From an uncultured Alphaproteobacteria bacterium (lineage in GTDB: Bacteria; Pseudomonadota; Alphaproteobacteria; CAAHEQ01; UBA3637): DNA of 64,000 bases. Position 1 is the stretch's first letter, and each line of letters opens with the position of its first letter. The position numbers and the translations under genes are program-made. Shown piece after piece: positions 10,355 through 19,666 of this stretch. The notes beneath the pieces are model-generated. The model made no database searches and had not been told where the DNA came from. It worked only from the letters and a program-made list of their open reading frames with translations. The stretch spans positions 15,693 to 79,692 of the forward strand of contig CALXUB010000021.1 of the NCBI GenBank assembly GCA_944391565.1. Direction: 5' to 3'.

Positions 10355-11158
10355 TTATTCCTCAAACAAGTGCAACTGCTGATCCGCCGGCAAAACGCTG
10401 TTCAATTCAATTTCCGTTCGTCTGGGATTTTCGGCGGCATCAATGGCCGCAAGCCCCACCAGACACAACTGAGCCAATTGTTGTTCCTGCTGAGCATCTC
10501 GCTCCAGCTTTGTTGCCAGCGGCAGAAAAACGACATACGCCAACAAAGCCCCATAAAAAGTCGTGATAATGGCGATCGACATGCTGGGACCGATGGTCGT
10601 CGGATCCGACAGGGTCGACAGCATTTGAACCAATCCGATCAACGTGCCGATCAACCCCATTGCCGGTGCGATTTCACCGGCTTTGTTCAATACGGCAACC
10701 GCATTCATTTTGGCAGCCAAATCACTGTGCATACGACGGGTCATAACCTCTTGACATTCTTTACCGCTCATCCCGTCGATTAAATAGGAAACCCCCAAGC
10801 TGAGAAACGGAATGCGCCGCACGTCTGCCGCATAACTTTTTTGAAGCGATAACACACCGCTTGCATGCGCAATTTCCGAACCGCGCATAATCCAGGCGGC
10901 CACACTTTCTAAACTTTGCTCCCGCCGAAACAGCGTTTTAAAAATCACAACAAAGCTTTGCACGATTTCCGGCAAAGAAAAACTGGCAACACAAGCAAAC
11001 AATGTGCCGCCCAAGACAATCAAAGCCGACGGCCCGTTTAAAAACGAAGCAAGCGATCCATTCAAAAAAATCGCAATGCCGATAAATAAAAAAGCTCCCG
11101 TCAGTCCGATTAAAACAGACGGATCAAAAAATCGAGAAACACTGTCTGTCTTGCGCAT
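10355..11158 (-). CDS. motA: Flagellar stator A subunit MotA/PomA
   Basis: Four TM segments; SALIVLGGT, APAMGLIGTLIGLVQML and TTFYGALLA motifs. Confidence 0.9.
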   Translation of the reverse strand: MRKTDSVSRFFDPSVLIGLTGAFLFIGIAIFLNGSLASFLNGPSALIVLGGTLFACVASFSLPEIVQSFVVIFKTLFRREQSLESVAAWIMRGSEIAHASGVLSLQKSYAADVRRIPFLSLGVSYLIDGMSGKECQEVMTRRMHSDLAAKMNAVAVLNKAGEIAPAMGLIGTLIGLVQMLSTLSDPTTIGPSMSIAIITTFYGALLAYVVFLPLATKLERDAQQEQQLAQLCLVGLAAIDAAENPRRTEIELNSVLPADQQLHLFEE

Positions 11159-11167
11159 ATCCGCTCC

Positions 11168-11485
11168 TTATGATTTGACGATTTCCGTCATGGTAATACC
11201 CAATCGATCCCCTTGTTGCACCAACTCGCCCCGCGCGATTAAATGATTATTGACATAAATATCCACACTGTCCCCCACTTGTTTATCCAGCTCTAAAATC
11301 GAACCGGGACCCATTTTCAACAACTGGCTGACCGTTAACGTTGTTTTTCCCAAAACCGCCGTCACCTGAACGGGAATGTCATACAAAGGTTCCATCCCGC
11401 CATCAGCTTCGTTCACGGCAGTCTTACCGCTTTGCAGTGTTCGTTCGGCCATTTTTAAAAATTCAGCTTTTTGTTTTTCGTTCAT
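11168..11485 (-). CDS. fliN: Flagellar motor switch protein FliN
   Basis: SPOA domain: DIPVQVTAVLG…LLKMGPGSILELDK…IARGELV. Confidence 0.92.
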   Translation of the reverse strand: MNEKQKAEFLKMAERTLQSGKTAVNEADGGMEPLYDIPVQVTAVLGKTTLTVSQLLKMGPGSILELDKQVGDSVDIYVNNHLIARGELVQQGDRLGITMTEIVKS

Positions 11486-11488
11486 AGT

Positions 11489-12505
11489 TCATCCTATCAT
11501 TTCTTCAACTTCGCCCGTCCCCGGGATTTCAATATCCCCGCGCAGGGCCATTTGTTTAATTAAACTGACAATCTCGGCCTGAGCGGCATCCACATCGCGC
11601 AAACGAACGGCTCCCAAAGCTTCAATATCCTCGTTCAGCATCACGCGTGCCCGCTCCGACATATTGCGGAAAATAACAGTCTTAACCTGTTCGGAAGCAC
11701 CTTTCAAGGCCAAAGCCACTTTGCCCCGAGCCACAGCCCTCAGCACCGTTTGAATGGTTTTGTCATCCAAACGCACCAAATCTTCAAACGTAAACATCAG
11801 CGAACGGATATGTTCGGCAACTTCGCGGTTGCGTTCAAACAAACTTGTCATCAGTCGATTTTCCGTCGTCCGATCCAGATGATTAAAAATCTCGGCCACG
11901 CGAACGGTGGAATCTTGAACATCTTGGTTTGTCAAACCTGTCATAAAATCAGTTTTCAATGTTTGTTCAATACTGTCCAATACGTCTTTTTGCACTGTTT
12001 CCAACCGCAACAGCCGCATAATAACATCCATCACGAAATTTTCGGGCAAATAAGCCAACACTTTGGCAGCATGCTCGGACGACAAGCGCGACAAAATCAC
12101 TGCCACCGTCTGAGGATACTCATTTTGCAGATAATGCGCCAACACTTCCTCGTTCACGTTTTCCAGCTTATCCCACATTGTTCTGCCTGCCGGTCCCCGA
12201 ATTTCATTCAGAATGTTTTTATGGCGCGCGGCCGGTAAAACTTTTGCCAAGAGTTTTTCAGTTCCTTCAAACGTGCCGACCAGCGTTGACGGCGCTTTCA
12301 TGTTTTGTGCAAAAGCTTTTAACACCTGTTCCACCAAATGCGCATCAATAACGCCCAGACTGGCCATGGCGATAGAGATTTCCCGCACCTCCTCATCATC
12401 CATTTGTAAGAAAATCTTTTTGATATACTTTTCCCCCATCGCCAACAGGAAAATCGCCGCTTTTTGTGTCCCCGTCAACGCGTTGAATGTCAGTGTCTCA
12501 GCCAT
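11489..12505 (-). CDS. fliG: Flagellar rotor/switch protein FliG
   Basis: QKAAIFLL, EYPQTVA (EHPQ motif), MFTFEDL and NMSERA torque helix. Confidence 0.96.
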   Translation of the reverse strand: MAETLTFNALTGTQKAAIFLLAMGEKYIKKIFLQMDDEEVREISIAMASLGVIDAHLVEQVLKAFAQNMKAPSTLVGTFEGTEKLLAKVLPAARHKNILNEIRGPAGRTMWDKLENVNEEVLAHYLQNEYPQTVAVILSRLSSEHAAKVLAYLPENFVMDVIMRLLRLETVQKDVLDSIEQTLKTDFMTGLTNQDVQDSTVRVAEIFNHLDRTTENRLMTSLFERNREVAEHIRSLMFTFEDLVRLDDKTIQTVLRAVARGKVALALKGASEQVKTVIFRNMSERARVMLNEDIEALGAVRLRDVDAAQAEIVSLIKQMALRGDIEIPGTGEVEEMIG

Positions 12506-13454
12506 TCTGCGCCTCCTCCGGCGACACGGTTTGATACAACCAACCGCGTAAAACCGTCACGGCGTCATCCGTCTGGGTGTCAATCAGCTCATGCGCCTGA
12601 GCCAATGCGTTTTCGGAAACAGTGCCTTTAATTTGGGAAGAAGAGGTTGTTTCCGATAACACCGACGGATTGACGAAAGCCGGCATCGGCTGCGGCGGCA
12701 ACGACGCGTTTTCCGGTTCCGACCGCACCGGCGTGAAACTTTTGATGACGACAAGCAGAAAAGCCAACACCAAAACAATCGACAAGAAAATGAACTCAGC
12801 GATCCGCACCCAGTCCTTATCCAGCGGCGAAGAAGACGGAACGGCGTTAAAAGACGCCTGCACGACTTCTAACGTGTCTCCCCGTTCTTCATCCAAACCG
12901 GCGGCCTGTGTCAGCAGCGTTTCGATTTTTTCGCGCATGCCCGGCGTCAAACTTGTTTCATCCACCAAAGCGGCTACTCGGATTTTTTGAATAACGCCGC
13001 CGTTTTGAATAAAGCGAATATTTTGTTTTGAAAAAGCATATTGTGTTTCTTCACGGCCCAGACCCGTCTTTTGGGAAGAAATGACAGGCATGTCCGTATC
13101 CAAAATCTCACGATTGGTCTGCTGTTGCGAAAAATCAATATCCGCCCGAACAGTCACATCAGCGCGACCTTTTCCCACAATTCTTTCCAACATTTGGGTC
13201 AACTCTTCCGCCAACCGCGCTTCATAGTCACGCCGAACCGTCTCATACTGCGCCAGGGAAGAAGGCGGCAAAACATCATCGGCCGTGGCGGAAATATCTA
13301 CGATTTCCTCCGAATGAGACAAACGAGCCGACGGTTTGCTTTTGGATTGCGCGTAAAAAGACAGGAAAAAGAGAACCATTGCCGTCAGCACAAAGGCCGC
13401 CAGCAAAAGCTTGCCCAACGACTTCAGTCCTTGACTTTTAAACGTAAATGTCAT
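12498..13454 (-). CDS. fliF: Truncated FliF-like MS-ring protein (TM1 + RBM3/short beta-collar + TM2 + FliG-binding tail)
   Basis: YEARL…MLERIVGKGRADVTVRADIDF, IQKIRVAALVD, AAGLDEERGDTLEV, C-terminal VLRGWL; only 318 aa with no RBM1/RBM2 sequence. Confidence 0.8.
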   Translation of the reverse strand: MTFTFKSQGLKSLGKLLLAAFVLTAMVLFFLSFYAQSKSKPSARLSHSEEIVDISATADDVLPPSSLAQYETVRRDYEARLAEELTQMLERIVGKGRADVTVRADIDFSQQQTNREILDTDMPVISSQKTGLGREETQYAFSKQNIRFIQNGGVIQKIRVAALVDETSLTPGMREKIETLLTQAAGLDEERGDTLEVVQASFNAVPSSSPLDKDWVRIAEFIFLSIVLVLAFLLVVIKSFTPVRSEPENASLPPQPMPAFVNPSVLSETTSSSQIKGTVSENALAQAHELIDTQTDDAVTVLRGWLYQTVSPEEAQNG

Positions 13455-13562
13455 TCATTATCCTCTTCTTCCCAAAAGGTTTCCCTTTCATTATGGGTTA
13501 AGAAAGTGAATTTTTCGTTAACAGTGCTTTCTTTTTCAGGCGCAGCGTGCTATCATGCACGT

Positions 13563-14492
13563 ATGACAGAAACAAAATTGACAACAGCGCCGGTCGGCGC
13601 AGAAAATAAGGGAATGCGGCTGGATAAGTTCCTCAGCCTTCATTTGCCGTTGTCGCGTTCGCGGATTGCAACTCTGATTGCGCAGGGATGTGTTGTTCCC
13701 CCGCTTGCGGCTGACACCAAAGTGACGCCGGGACAAATCTTTACGGTTTGTGTTCCCGAAGCAAAAGAAGCCGTTCCGAAACCCCAGCCGATGGCTTTGG
13801 ATATTTTATACGAAGATAACGATTTGATTGTCATTAACAAACCGGCAGGTCTGGTTGTGCATCCGGGGGCCGGCAATACAGACGGCACGCTTGTCAATGC
13901 ATTGTTGGCACATTGCCCCGACAGCTTATCGGGCATCGGCGGCGTTAAACGCCCGGGCATCGTTCATCGCATTGACAAAGAAACAAGCGGAGTTTTGGTC
14001 ATTGCCAAAAATGATTTTGCACATCAAAAGCTGTCGGAACAATTCGCCGGCCATAGCATTAATCGCATTTACCTGGCCGTCGTTTATGGTCTGCCTGCCG
14101 GCGAAGGACGCATTGAAGGCAATATCGGCCGCAGTCCTCATAATCGTCAAAAAATGGCCATTGTTTCACAAGGCGGTAAACCGGCCGTCACCCATTATCG
14201 ATTGTTGCAAAACTTATTCCGGGGACGGGCCGCCCTTATTGAATGCCGACTTGAAACCGGACGCACGCACCAAATTCGCGTGCATATGACATCTGTTAAA
14301 CATCCGCTGGTCGGCGATAAAACCTATGGCAGTCCGCCAAAAGGAGCTCCTGAAATACTACGGCATTTTCCGCGGCAAGCACTGCATGCGGCGGTTTTGG
14401 ATTTTATTCATCCGCGAACGGGAGAAACACTGCATTTTTCAACACCGTTGCCCGAAGATATGGCAGTGTTGGTTCAAAACGGAAAAGATTAA
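13563..14492 (+). CDS. rluD: RluA/RluD-family 23S rRNA pseudouridine synthase
   Basis: S4 domain (RLDKFL), NKPAGLVVHP, HRIDKETSG and GRTHQIRVH; true start is ATG 13563. Confidence 0.92.
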   Translation: MTETKLTTAPVGAENKGMRLDKFLSLHLPLSRSRIATLIAQGCVVPPLAADTKVTPGQIFTVCVPEAKEAVPKPQPMALDILYEDNDLIVINKPAGLVVHPGAGNTDGTLVNALLAHCPDSLSGIGGVKRPGIVHRIDKETSGVLVIAKNDFAHQKLSEQFAGHSINRIYLAVVYGLPAGEGRIEGNIGRSPHNRQKMAIVSQGGKPAVTHYRLLQNLFRGRAALIECRLETGRTHQIRVHMTSVKHPLVGDKTYGSPPKGAPEILRHFPRQALHAAVLDFIHPRTGETLHFSTPLPEDMAVLVQNGKD

Positions 14493-15247
14493 CGTCCCTT
14501 ATTCAAACGCTTTTCCAAAGCAGGATAGACATGACCTTCTTCATGCGGCTGCTTGTGTTCATGATGCATAGTTTTGGGAGGAACCTTGATGCCGGCACGC
14601 TTTAATTCCTGACGCGCTTTCAGCTCATCGTAAGAATACCGGACCGGACCATTACCCTTATCTGTTATGTCATATGACGAGTCATGCCACAGTTCCTTCA
14701 AATGCTGTTTTAATCGAGAGAACGTTTTTTCAGAAACAGACTGTTGCGCCGCACCGGACTTTTCCATTGAAGCAGGACGAACCGCCCGCCCGACTTCCAA
14801 TATACCGTTCAAAGCCGGTCCGCCTAAAGCCCCTACTATCGCACTGGAAGCAGCCACTGCCGCAATGGGACCTAAAACGCCCGGCAGAATCATGGCTGTC
14901 GGCACAGCCGAAGCAACAGCCATCCCGATTAACGCCGTCCACCCTGCTGTCTTTAAAAGACCGTTCACAAAAGACGGCTTGCCTCCTTTGAAATCATCCG
15001 TTGAAGCTTTGGCTGCAAAACGACCGTTTTGAACGGCGGCTTTCAGTTGACGACGAAAAGGTTTACCCAGTTTCCACAAACCGACCCCGCAAAGCCCCGC
15101 CGCCGCACCGATTCCAACCGGCCCACCAATCAACACAGCAGCCGCATAACCAACCGTACCGACGGCTGCCATGCCGCTGAGGCAAAGCCCGGCCAGTCCC
15201 GCCGCCATAAATGCTTTATTTCGAAATTGATCCGCTTGAATTGACAT
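14489..15247 (-). CDS. Hypothetical membrane protein with two Gly/Ala-rich hydrophobic hairpins
   Basis: SD AAAGGAA; two hydrophobic blocks; basic C-terminus KRLNKGR. Confidence 0.65.
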   Translation of the reverse strand: MSIQADQFRNKAFMAAGLAGLCLSGMAAVGTVGYAAAVLIGGPVGIGAAAGLCGVGLWKLGKPFRRQLKAAVQNGRFAAKASTDDFKGGKPSFVNGLLKTAGWTALIGMAVASAVPTAMILPGVLGPIAAVAASSAIVGALGGPALNGILEVGRAVRPASMEKSGAAQQSVSEKTFSRLKQHLKELWHDSSYDITDKGNGPVRYSYDELKARQELKRAGIKVPPKTMHHEHKQPHEEGHVYPALEKRLNKGR

Positions 15248-15305
15248 GTTATTCCTTTCCTTTTAAAAGGGATTATATCACAAAAACGTCTGTTTTACAA
15301 GAGAC

Positions 15306-17030
15306 TTATCGTTCGGCACCGACTTGTTTCAAAAGCCCGCCGGTCGGTTGAGGTGCTGAAGAAACACTGCCCTCTTGCAATGTTTTTTTCAACGTTTTTG
15401 CCGTTGTTTCGTATTCGTCGCGGCTCCAATACCGTTTGCCGTTGTGATAATAGTCTTCCGGCTTGCCGTTGCGATAGGCTTGTCCGTGGCGAACACCGGC
15501 TTTCCAGGACACTTCCTCCACTATAACTTTTCCGAGATAAGTATCTCGTTCCAAATGTTCAACCCCGTCCTTTAAACCGTCCTTATAGGTTGCCCAGTTT
15601 TTACCTTGAATTTCAACACCGTTTTTGGCGCCGTTTTTATAAGTTGTCCGACGCAAAAGCTCTCCCGAAGGCGCATAGTCGTAAAACACGCCGTCTTTAC
15701 CGTCCTGAAAAGCTTTTTCAGGACTTAACGCCTGCCCGTTGGGAGCAAAATAGGCCACGACACTGCCTGTTTCATTTTTTTGTTCGTGGATCTGCTGATT
15801 GGGATAATAAGTTGTCACCTTACCGCTTTTTTCAACCGTCATGGTGCGAACGCCCTCGCTTGTGTAATGCGTTTCATCCAATCCCAAAACCGTGTTTCCG
15901 TCCTTGATAACCGTTTTGCCATCTTCCGCGAAAACGTGAGCAGACAAACAGCGGCCGTTTTGATCAAATATATTTTCAATTATTTTGGTATCTTGCACAA
16001 AACCGGTTGCCGTCAACTGTCCGTCGGCATTTTCTTTTAATGTTAAGCGGGTTATGGGTGTTTTGACTTGATCTTTTGAAACAGACACACCCCAACCGTC
16101 ATCCATATTTTCTTTGAAATATTCAGGCGTTAAATCCACCCCCATTTTTTCGGCAAACTGCGCAAACAACTGATCTGCCTCCTTGCTGCCTTTTTGAAAG
16201 CGGACTGAACCGATATTCACCGCCATGTTTTGCGCGCTCTGTTGATCATAGGCAATATTCCAATCCCCGACGGCACTGTAAACTTTACCGGTCTCATTAC
16301 GGGAAAAAAGATTGAGCGGAATTTGATACAACGGCATGTTTTTATCTTCCCAAAGGGTTTTGGCCAGCTCGGTTTTAGCATAACGAACGGCTTTTTCTTC
16401 ATCTCCGTTGAATTTTTGCGCTCCCTCTGCTTTAAAATCACGATAAAGCGGCAGAAAAGCCATATTCAGATCGCGGCCTTGAGGTTCTAAATTCTTTTGA
16501 TCGGCCATAACCGTGTCCTGGATTTTGGTTTCCAGTTCCAGCAATTTTCCGGCGATAAACACATCTTTCAGGTTGTCATAAACAACCGTATCTCCGTTGA
16601 TTTCCCGTTTATTTTGCACATCATGTGTTAATTCATGCCCCAAGGTCATTTCATCGGCGGCCTGATAGTTGAAATTGATGGTGACGCCTTGCATCGGCCC
16701 ATGATACAACGCCCCGATCCCTTCTTTCAAATAACCGAACCGAAGCGTCACTTTTTGTCCTGTCCGTGCGTAAGCCTCTTCCAATGAAGCTTGGACTTTA
16801 CGTCCTTCGGCGGTTTGTCCCAGCTTTTGATAATAATCCCAAAGCTTTTCTTTATCTTTTTCGGTGCCTAACAGCTGAATGGGCGCTTTTTCTTTAGCCT
16901 GTTGAGTGTAAGTTTGAGTGATGACCGGCGCCTTTGCTTCAACCTCTGTTTCGGCACCAAAACCGGACGGAGAAAACAACATACTTCCCGCGGCAACGCC
17001 TGTTAACAACATTTGTTTCAAGCGATTCAT
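15306..17030 (-). CDS. Secreted protein with an HExxH zincin motif and C-terminal MORN-variant repeats
   Basis: Signal peptide; TLGHELTH; YKNGAKNG/YKDGLKDG/WKAGVRHG repeats. Confidence 0.65.
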   Translation of the reverse strand: MNRLKQMLLTGVAAGSMLFSPSGFGAETEVEAKAPVITQTYTQQAKEKAPIQLLGTEKDKEKLWDYYQKLGQTAEGRKVQASLEEAYARTGQKVTLRFGYLKEGIGALYHGPMQGVTINFNYQAADEMTLGHELTHDVQNKREINGDTVVYDNLKDVFIAGKLLELETKIQDTVMADQKNLEPQGRDLNMAFLPLYRDFKAEGAQKFNGDEEKAVRYAKTELAKTLWEDKNMPLYQIPLNLFSRNETGKVYSAVGDWNIAYDQQSAQNMAVNIGSVRFQKGSKEADQLFAQFAEKMGVDLTPEYFKENMDDGWGVSVSKDQVKTPITRLTLKENADGQLTATGFVQDTKIIENIFDQNGRCLSAHVFAEDGKTVIKDGNTVLGLDETHYTSEGVRTMTVEKSGKVTTYYPNQQIHEQKNETGSVVAYFAPNGQALSPEKAFQDGKDGVFYDYAPSGELLRRTTYKNGAKNGVEIQGKNWATYKDGLKDGVEHLERDTYLGKVIVEEVSWKAGVRHGQAYRNGKPEDYYHNGKRYWSRDEYETTAKTLKKTLQEGSVSSAPQPTGGLLKQVGAER

Positions 17031-17161
17031 CTCATCACCCCTTTCTTATGATCAGTATACCGCAAAAATAGGCTTTCGTCAATATTTACAACCTTTAAGG
17101 ACAGGCAAGCCGCCGCCTTTATCTGAAAAGGACACGATGTCGAAGAAAGCCAGAAGCTTCT

Positions 17162-18036
17162 CTAAATACAGCTTAATCCATCTGTTGAAGCAGTCGTTCC
17201 TGTTGGACAAAACGCGCATCTTTCGCTTTGTACATCAAAATAACGGTTAGGGCAATGTTGACAATCTTCCAACGTTGTTCTCCCATTTGAGTGAATTCCA
17301 CACGTTCTACAGTCTTTATGCTCAGATACAAAGTATTTGTTTTCACATTTGTAACATTCTGAACGCTCGGTCGCATGACTGGTTATTTCACAAGAACGAC
17401 ACCCGTACACACGATCAAATATCGTATTGCAAACACATTTTTGGCAATCGCCATTGCAGCAATACGGCGTTGCCTGCGGACACTCTTTATCCTTTCTGCA
17501 TGAATGGGATACGGTTTCGGTATTTCCCGTAAAATTCGTATTGAAAAAGAAGCTGATTGTATTCAACGTTTCCGAATAACACACATTTTTCATTTTGTTA
17601 GCATTAATTTCTTCCAGCCAGTCAAGTTTTCGTGTTTTAATCTCCTGACATACGCGATAGGGAACGCCTTTGACCAAAATTTCAAAGGTCGTTTCTGTTT
17701 CTCCAACAGCGGAATAAAGGAACGAAGTTGTTCGTTCAAATTTATCTGTCATATCCAATTCTTGTTCCAAGGATAAAGATGGAAATAAATCTGCCACAAC
17801 AACAAAGCCAGCTACTTTAACATCTTCAATTAAATTGTTGGCATGATGCTTAACCATTGCATACCTGAATGTTGTTATCCCCAAAATGGATAACACAGCA
17901 ATTAAAGCTAAAACAGTAAGCATTTCTATCATGCTCCGCCCTTTTTGAATGAGCGCTTTTGATAAAGAGGGAATTAACCTAATACGTGCACGGGAGGGGG
18001 GGGGAACAACCAATAGAATCGAAGCTTCATCGTCAT
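17162..18036 (-). CDS. Pilin-like (N-methylation leader) Cys-rich protein, frameshifted in a C9 tract
   Basis: QKG|RSMIEMLTVLALIAVL leader and CxxC repeats; the SD-associated ATG at 18036 is out of frame with the main ORF (17162..18013) across G9 at 17996-18004. Confidence 0.7.
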
Positions 18037-18259
18037 ATTCCTTTCTGTTTGTTTTTTTCTACTCTGCTTAGAATATGCTTGTCAAGAAAAAAGAAACTTC
18101 ATAAAAAAATATCTCCTCTTTTTACTTTATCAATGGTTGTCATAAAAAATATAACAATTATTATAAATTGCTTTTTCTTGAATTGTTTTGCATTCAAACA
18201 AACTAGGACATAATATGTGAGCAATCAACATTTTTGTTATAAATCCCTGCCTCTGTCAT

Positions 18260-18290
18260 AAAAAAAAAGCCCGAACGGGCGGACTTTTTT
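18260..18290 (-). terminator. Terminator after tRNA-Gln(CUG)
   Basis: GC hairpin followed by a long T run on the minus strand. Confidence 0.6.
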
Positions 18291-18292
18291 AA

Positions 18293-18366
18293 TGGCTGGG
18301 GTACCTGGACTCGAACCAAGACTGACGGAATCAGAATCCGCTGTCCTACCATTAGACGATACCCCA
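18293..18366 (-). tRNA. tRNA-Gln (anticodon CUG)
   Basis: Cloverleaf TGGGGTA…GCGGA-TTCTGAT-TCCGT…GGTTCGAGTCC…GCCA. Confidence 0.96.
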
Positions 18367-18456
18367 ACGATGTTTGAAAACATACACTGTTTTAAAACAA
18401 AAATCAACAAAAAAAACGGCTTGCTCAAAAAAGAAGCCGTAAAACTCTTTAATGTT

Positions 18457-18861
18457 TTATTTTGACGTTAAAATCGGCGTTAGATCTTTTGTTTCCGCCT
18501 GGAACTTCTTAATCCAGGGTGTAAAGCAAGCTTTGGCATCCTCGCCTTTAAAGTTTGTATTAAATGTTGTCGGATCCGACAGCAACCCTTTTTCCAACAG
18601 ACAAGGCCAAGTCATTTCCGCCAACTCTTTATCTTTGACTCGACTGGCCAAGGCCGTCACATAAGCCGTGATTTTTTCATCCGAAATCCCTTTTTGTTTC
18701 AAAGTGATAACGGCGCTTCTGAAAAAACCTTTCAGAAAATCGACATAAAAGGCCTGTTGCATTTTACCCTCATCCGCCGCATTGGGTTTGACAACCGCCG
18801 CCGACGCGCACAGGCTGCCGCACATAGCCGCCGCCACTAAACCAAGAATCAGTTTTTTCAT
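18457..18861 (-). CDS. Exported hypothetical protein
   Basis: SD AGGAG; Sec signal peptide MKKLILGLVAAAMCGSLCASA. Confidence 0.7.
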   Translation of the reverse strand: MKKLILGLVAAAMCGSLCASAAVVKPNAADEGKMQQAFYVDFLKGFFRSAVITLKQKGISDEKITAYVTALASRVKDKELAEMTWPCLLEKGLLSDPTTFNTNFKGEDAKACFTPWIKKFQAETKDLTPILTSK

Positions 18862-18940
18862 GTTTTATCTCCTTTATTCCTCTTTTCTATTATCACTATA
18901 GCTTATTCTTTTTCATTTGAAAAGCCTAAAATGAAATCGG

Positions 18941-19522
18941 TCAAAACGGCAGTGTTTCCCCTTTTTCTTTAAAGAACCGCAAACCCGCCAAAATCGAGTA
19001 CACGTCAAACAACGATTGATGTTCATGTCCGGATGGCATCGGCAATCCCAAAAAAGTGGTAATAGCGCCGGAACTGACATTGCCGGAATAAATATAACCA
19101 TACTTTTTATACATGTTTAAAAACCATGGAAATAAGTTATGAAATTCCAATTTGACAAACTCCGCCCCCATCCCGTGCGCCATCAGATTTTCACGCAGCA
19201 CGGCACCATCGCCCAGTAAAACGGACGTGCCGGCCTGGGCCTGAGAATGCGAATAGCACGGGAATCCTTCGACAAAGGCAACAAAACGCGTCCATGCCTC
19301 GGAAAAAGAAACTCCTTTGGCGGCCAAATCCTGATCTGTCAATCCTGTCAATCGAATAAAAGAAACCGGCAGCTCGCTGACCCGTTCGGGTTTAACCAAA
19401 ACATCCAATGTATTACTGACGGCCAGCGTTTCAGCATCCAGCTTTAACGCGCCCAATCGCACTAATTCCCTGGGTCCCGGCCCCATTACAAATTCCGTAT
19501 CAAAAAGAATAACTGTTTTCAT
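18941..19522 (-). CDS. DEDDh 3'-5' exonuclease family protein
   Basis: FDTEF (ExoI), LTGLT, D in LLGDG and HQSLFD (ExoIII) motifs. Confidence 0.8.
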   Translation of the reverse strand: MKTVILFDTEFVMGPGPRELVRLGALKLDAETLAVSNTLDVLVKPERVSELPVSFIRLTGLTDQDLAAKGVSFSEAWTRFVAFVEGFPCYSHSQAQAGTSVLLGDGAVLRENLMAHGMGAEFVKLEFHNLFPWFLNMYKKYGYIYSGNVSSGAITTFLGLPMPSGHEHQSLFDVYSILAGLRFFKEKGETLPF

Positions 19523-19666
19523 AAGTGTACCCTGTATTTTTATTTATCATAAGTAAAAAACGCAAAAAATCAATGATAAATTGCAACTAAAACAGATTTT
19601 TTATTTTTTTCTTTTCTTTTGCTTCAAAAATGTCTTACTTTAAAAAGAGGAAAAAAGGAGGGAAAC

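Noticed and set aside
13041-13562. N-terminal extension of the 483-aa ORF
   Set aside because: It is antisense to fliF; RluD homology starts at ATG 13563.
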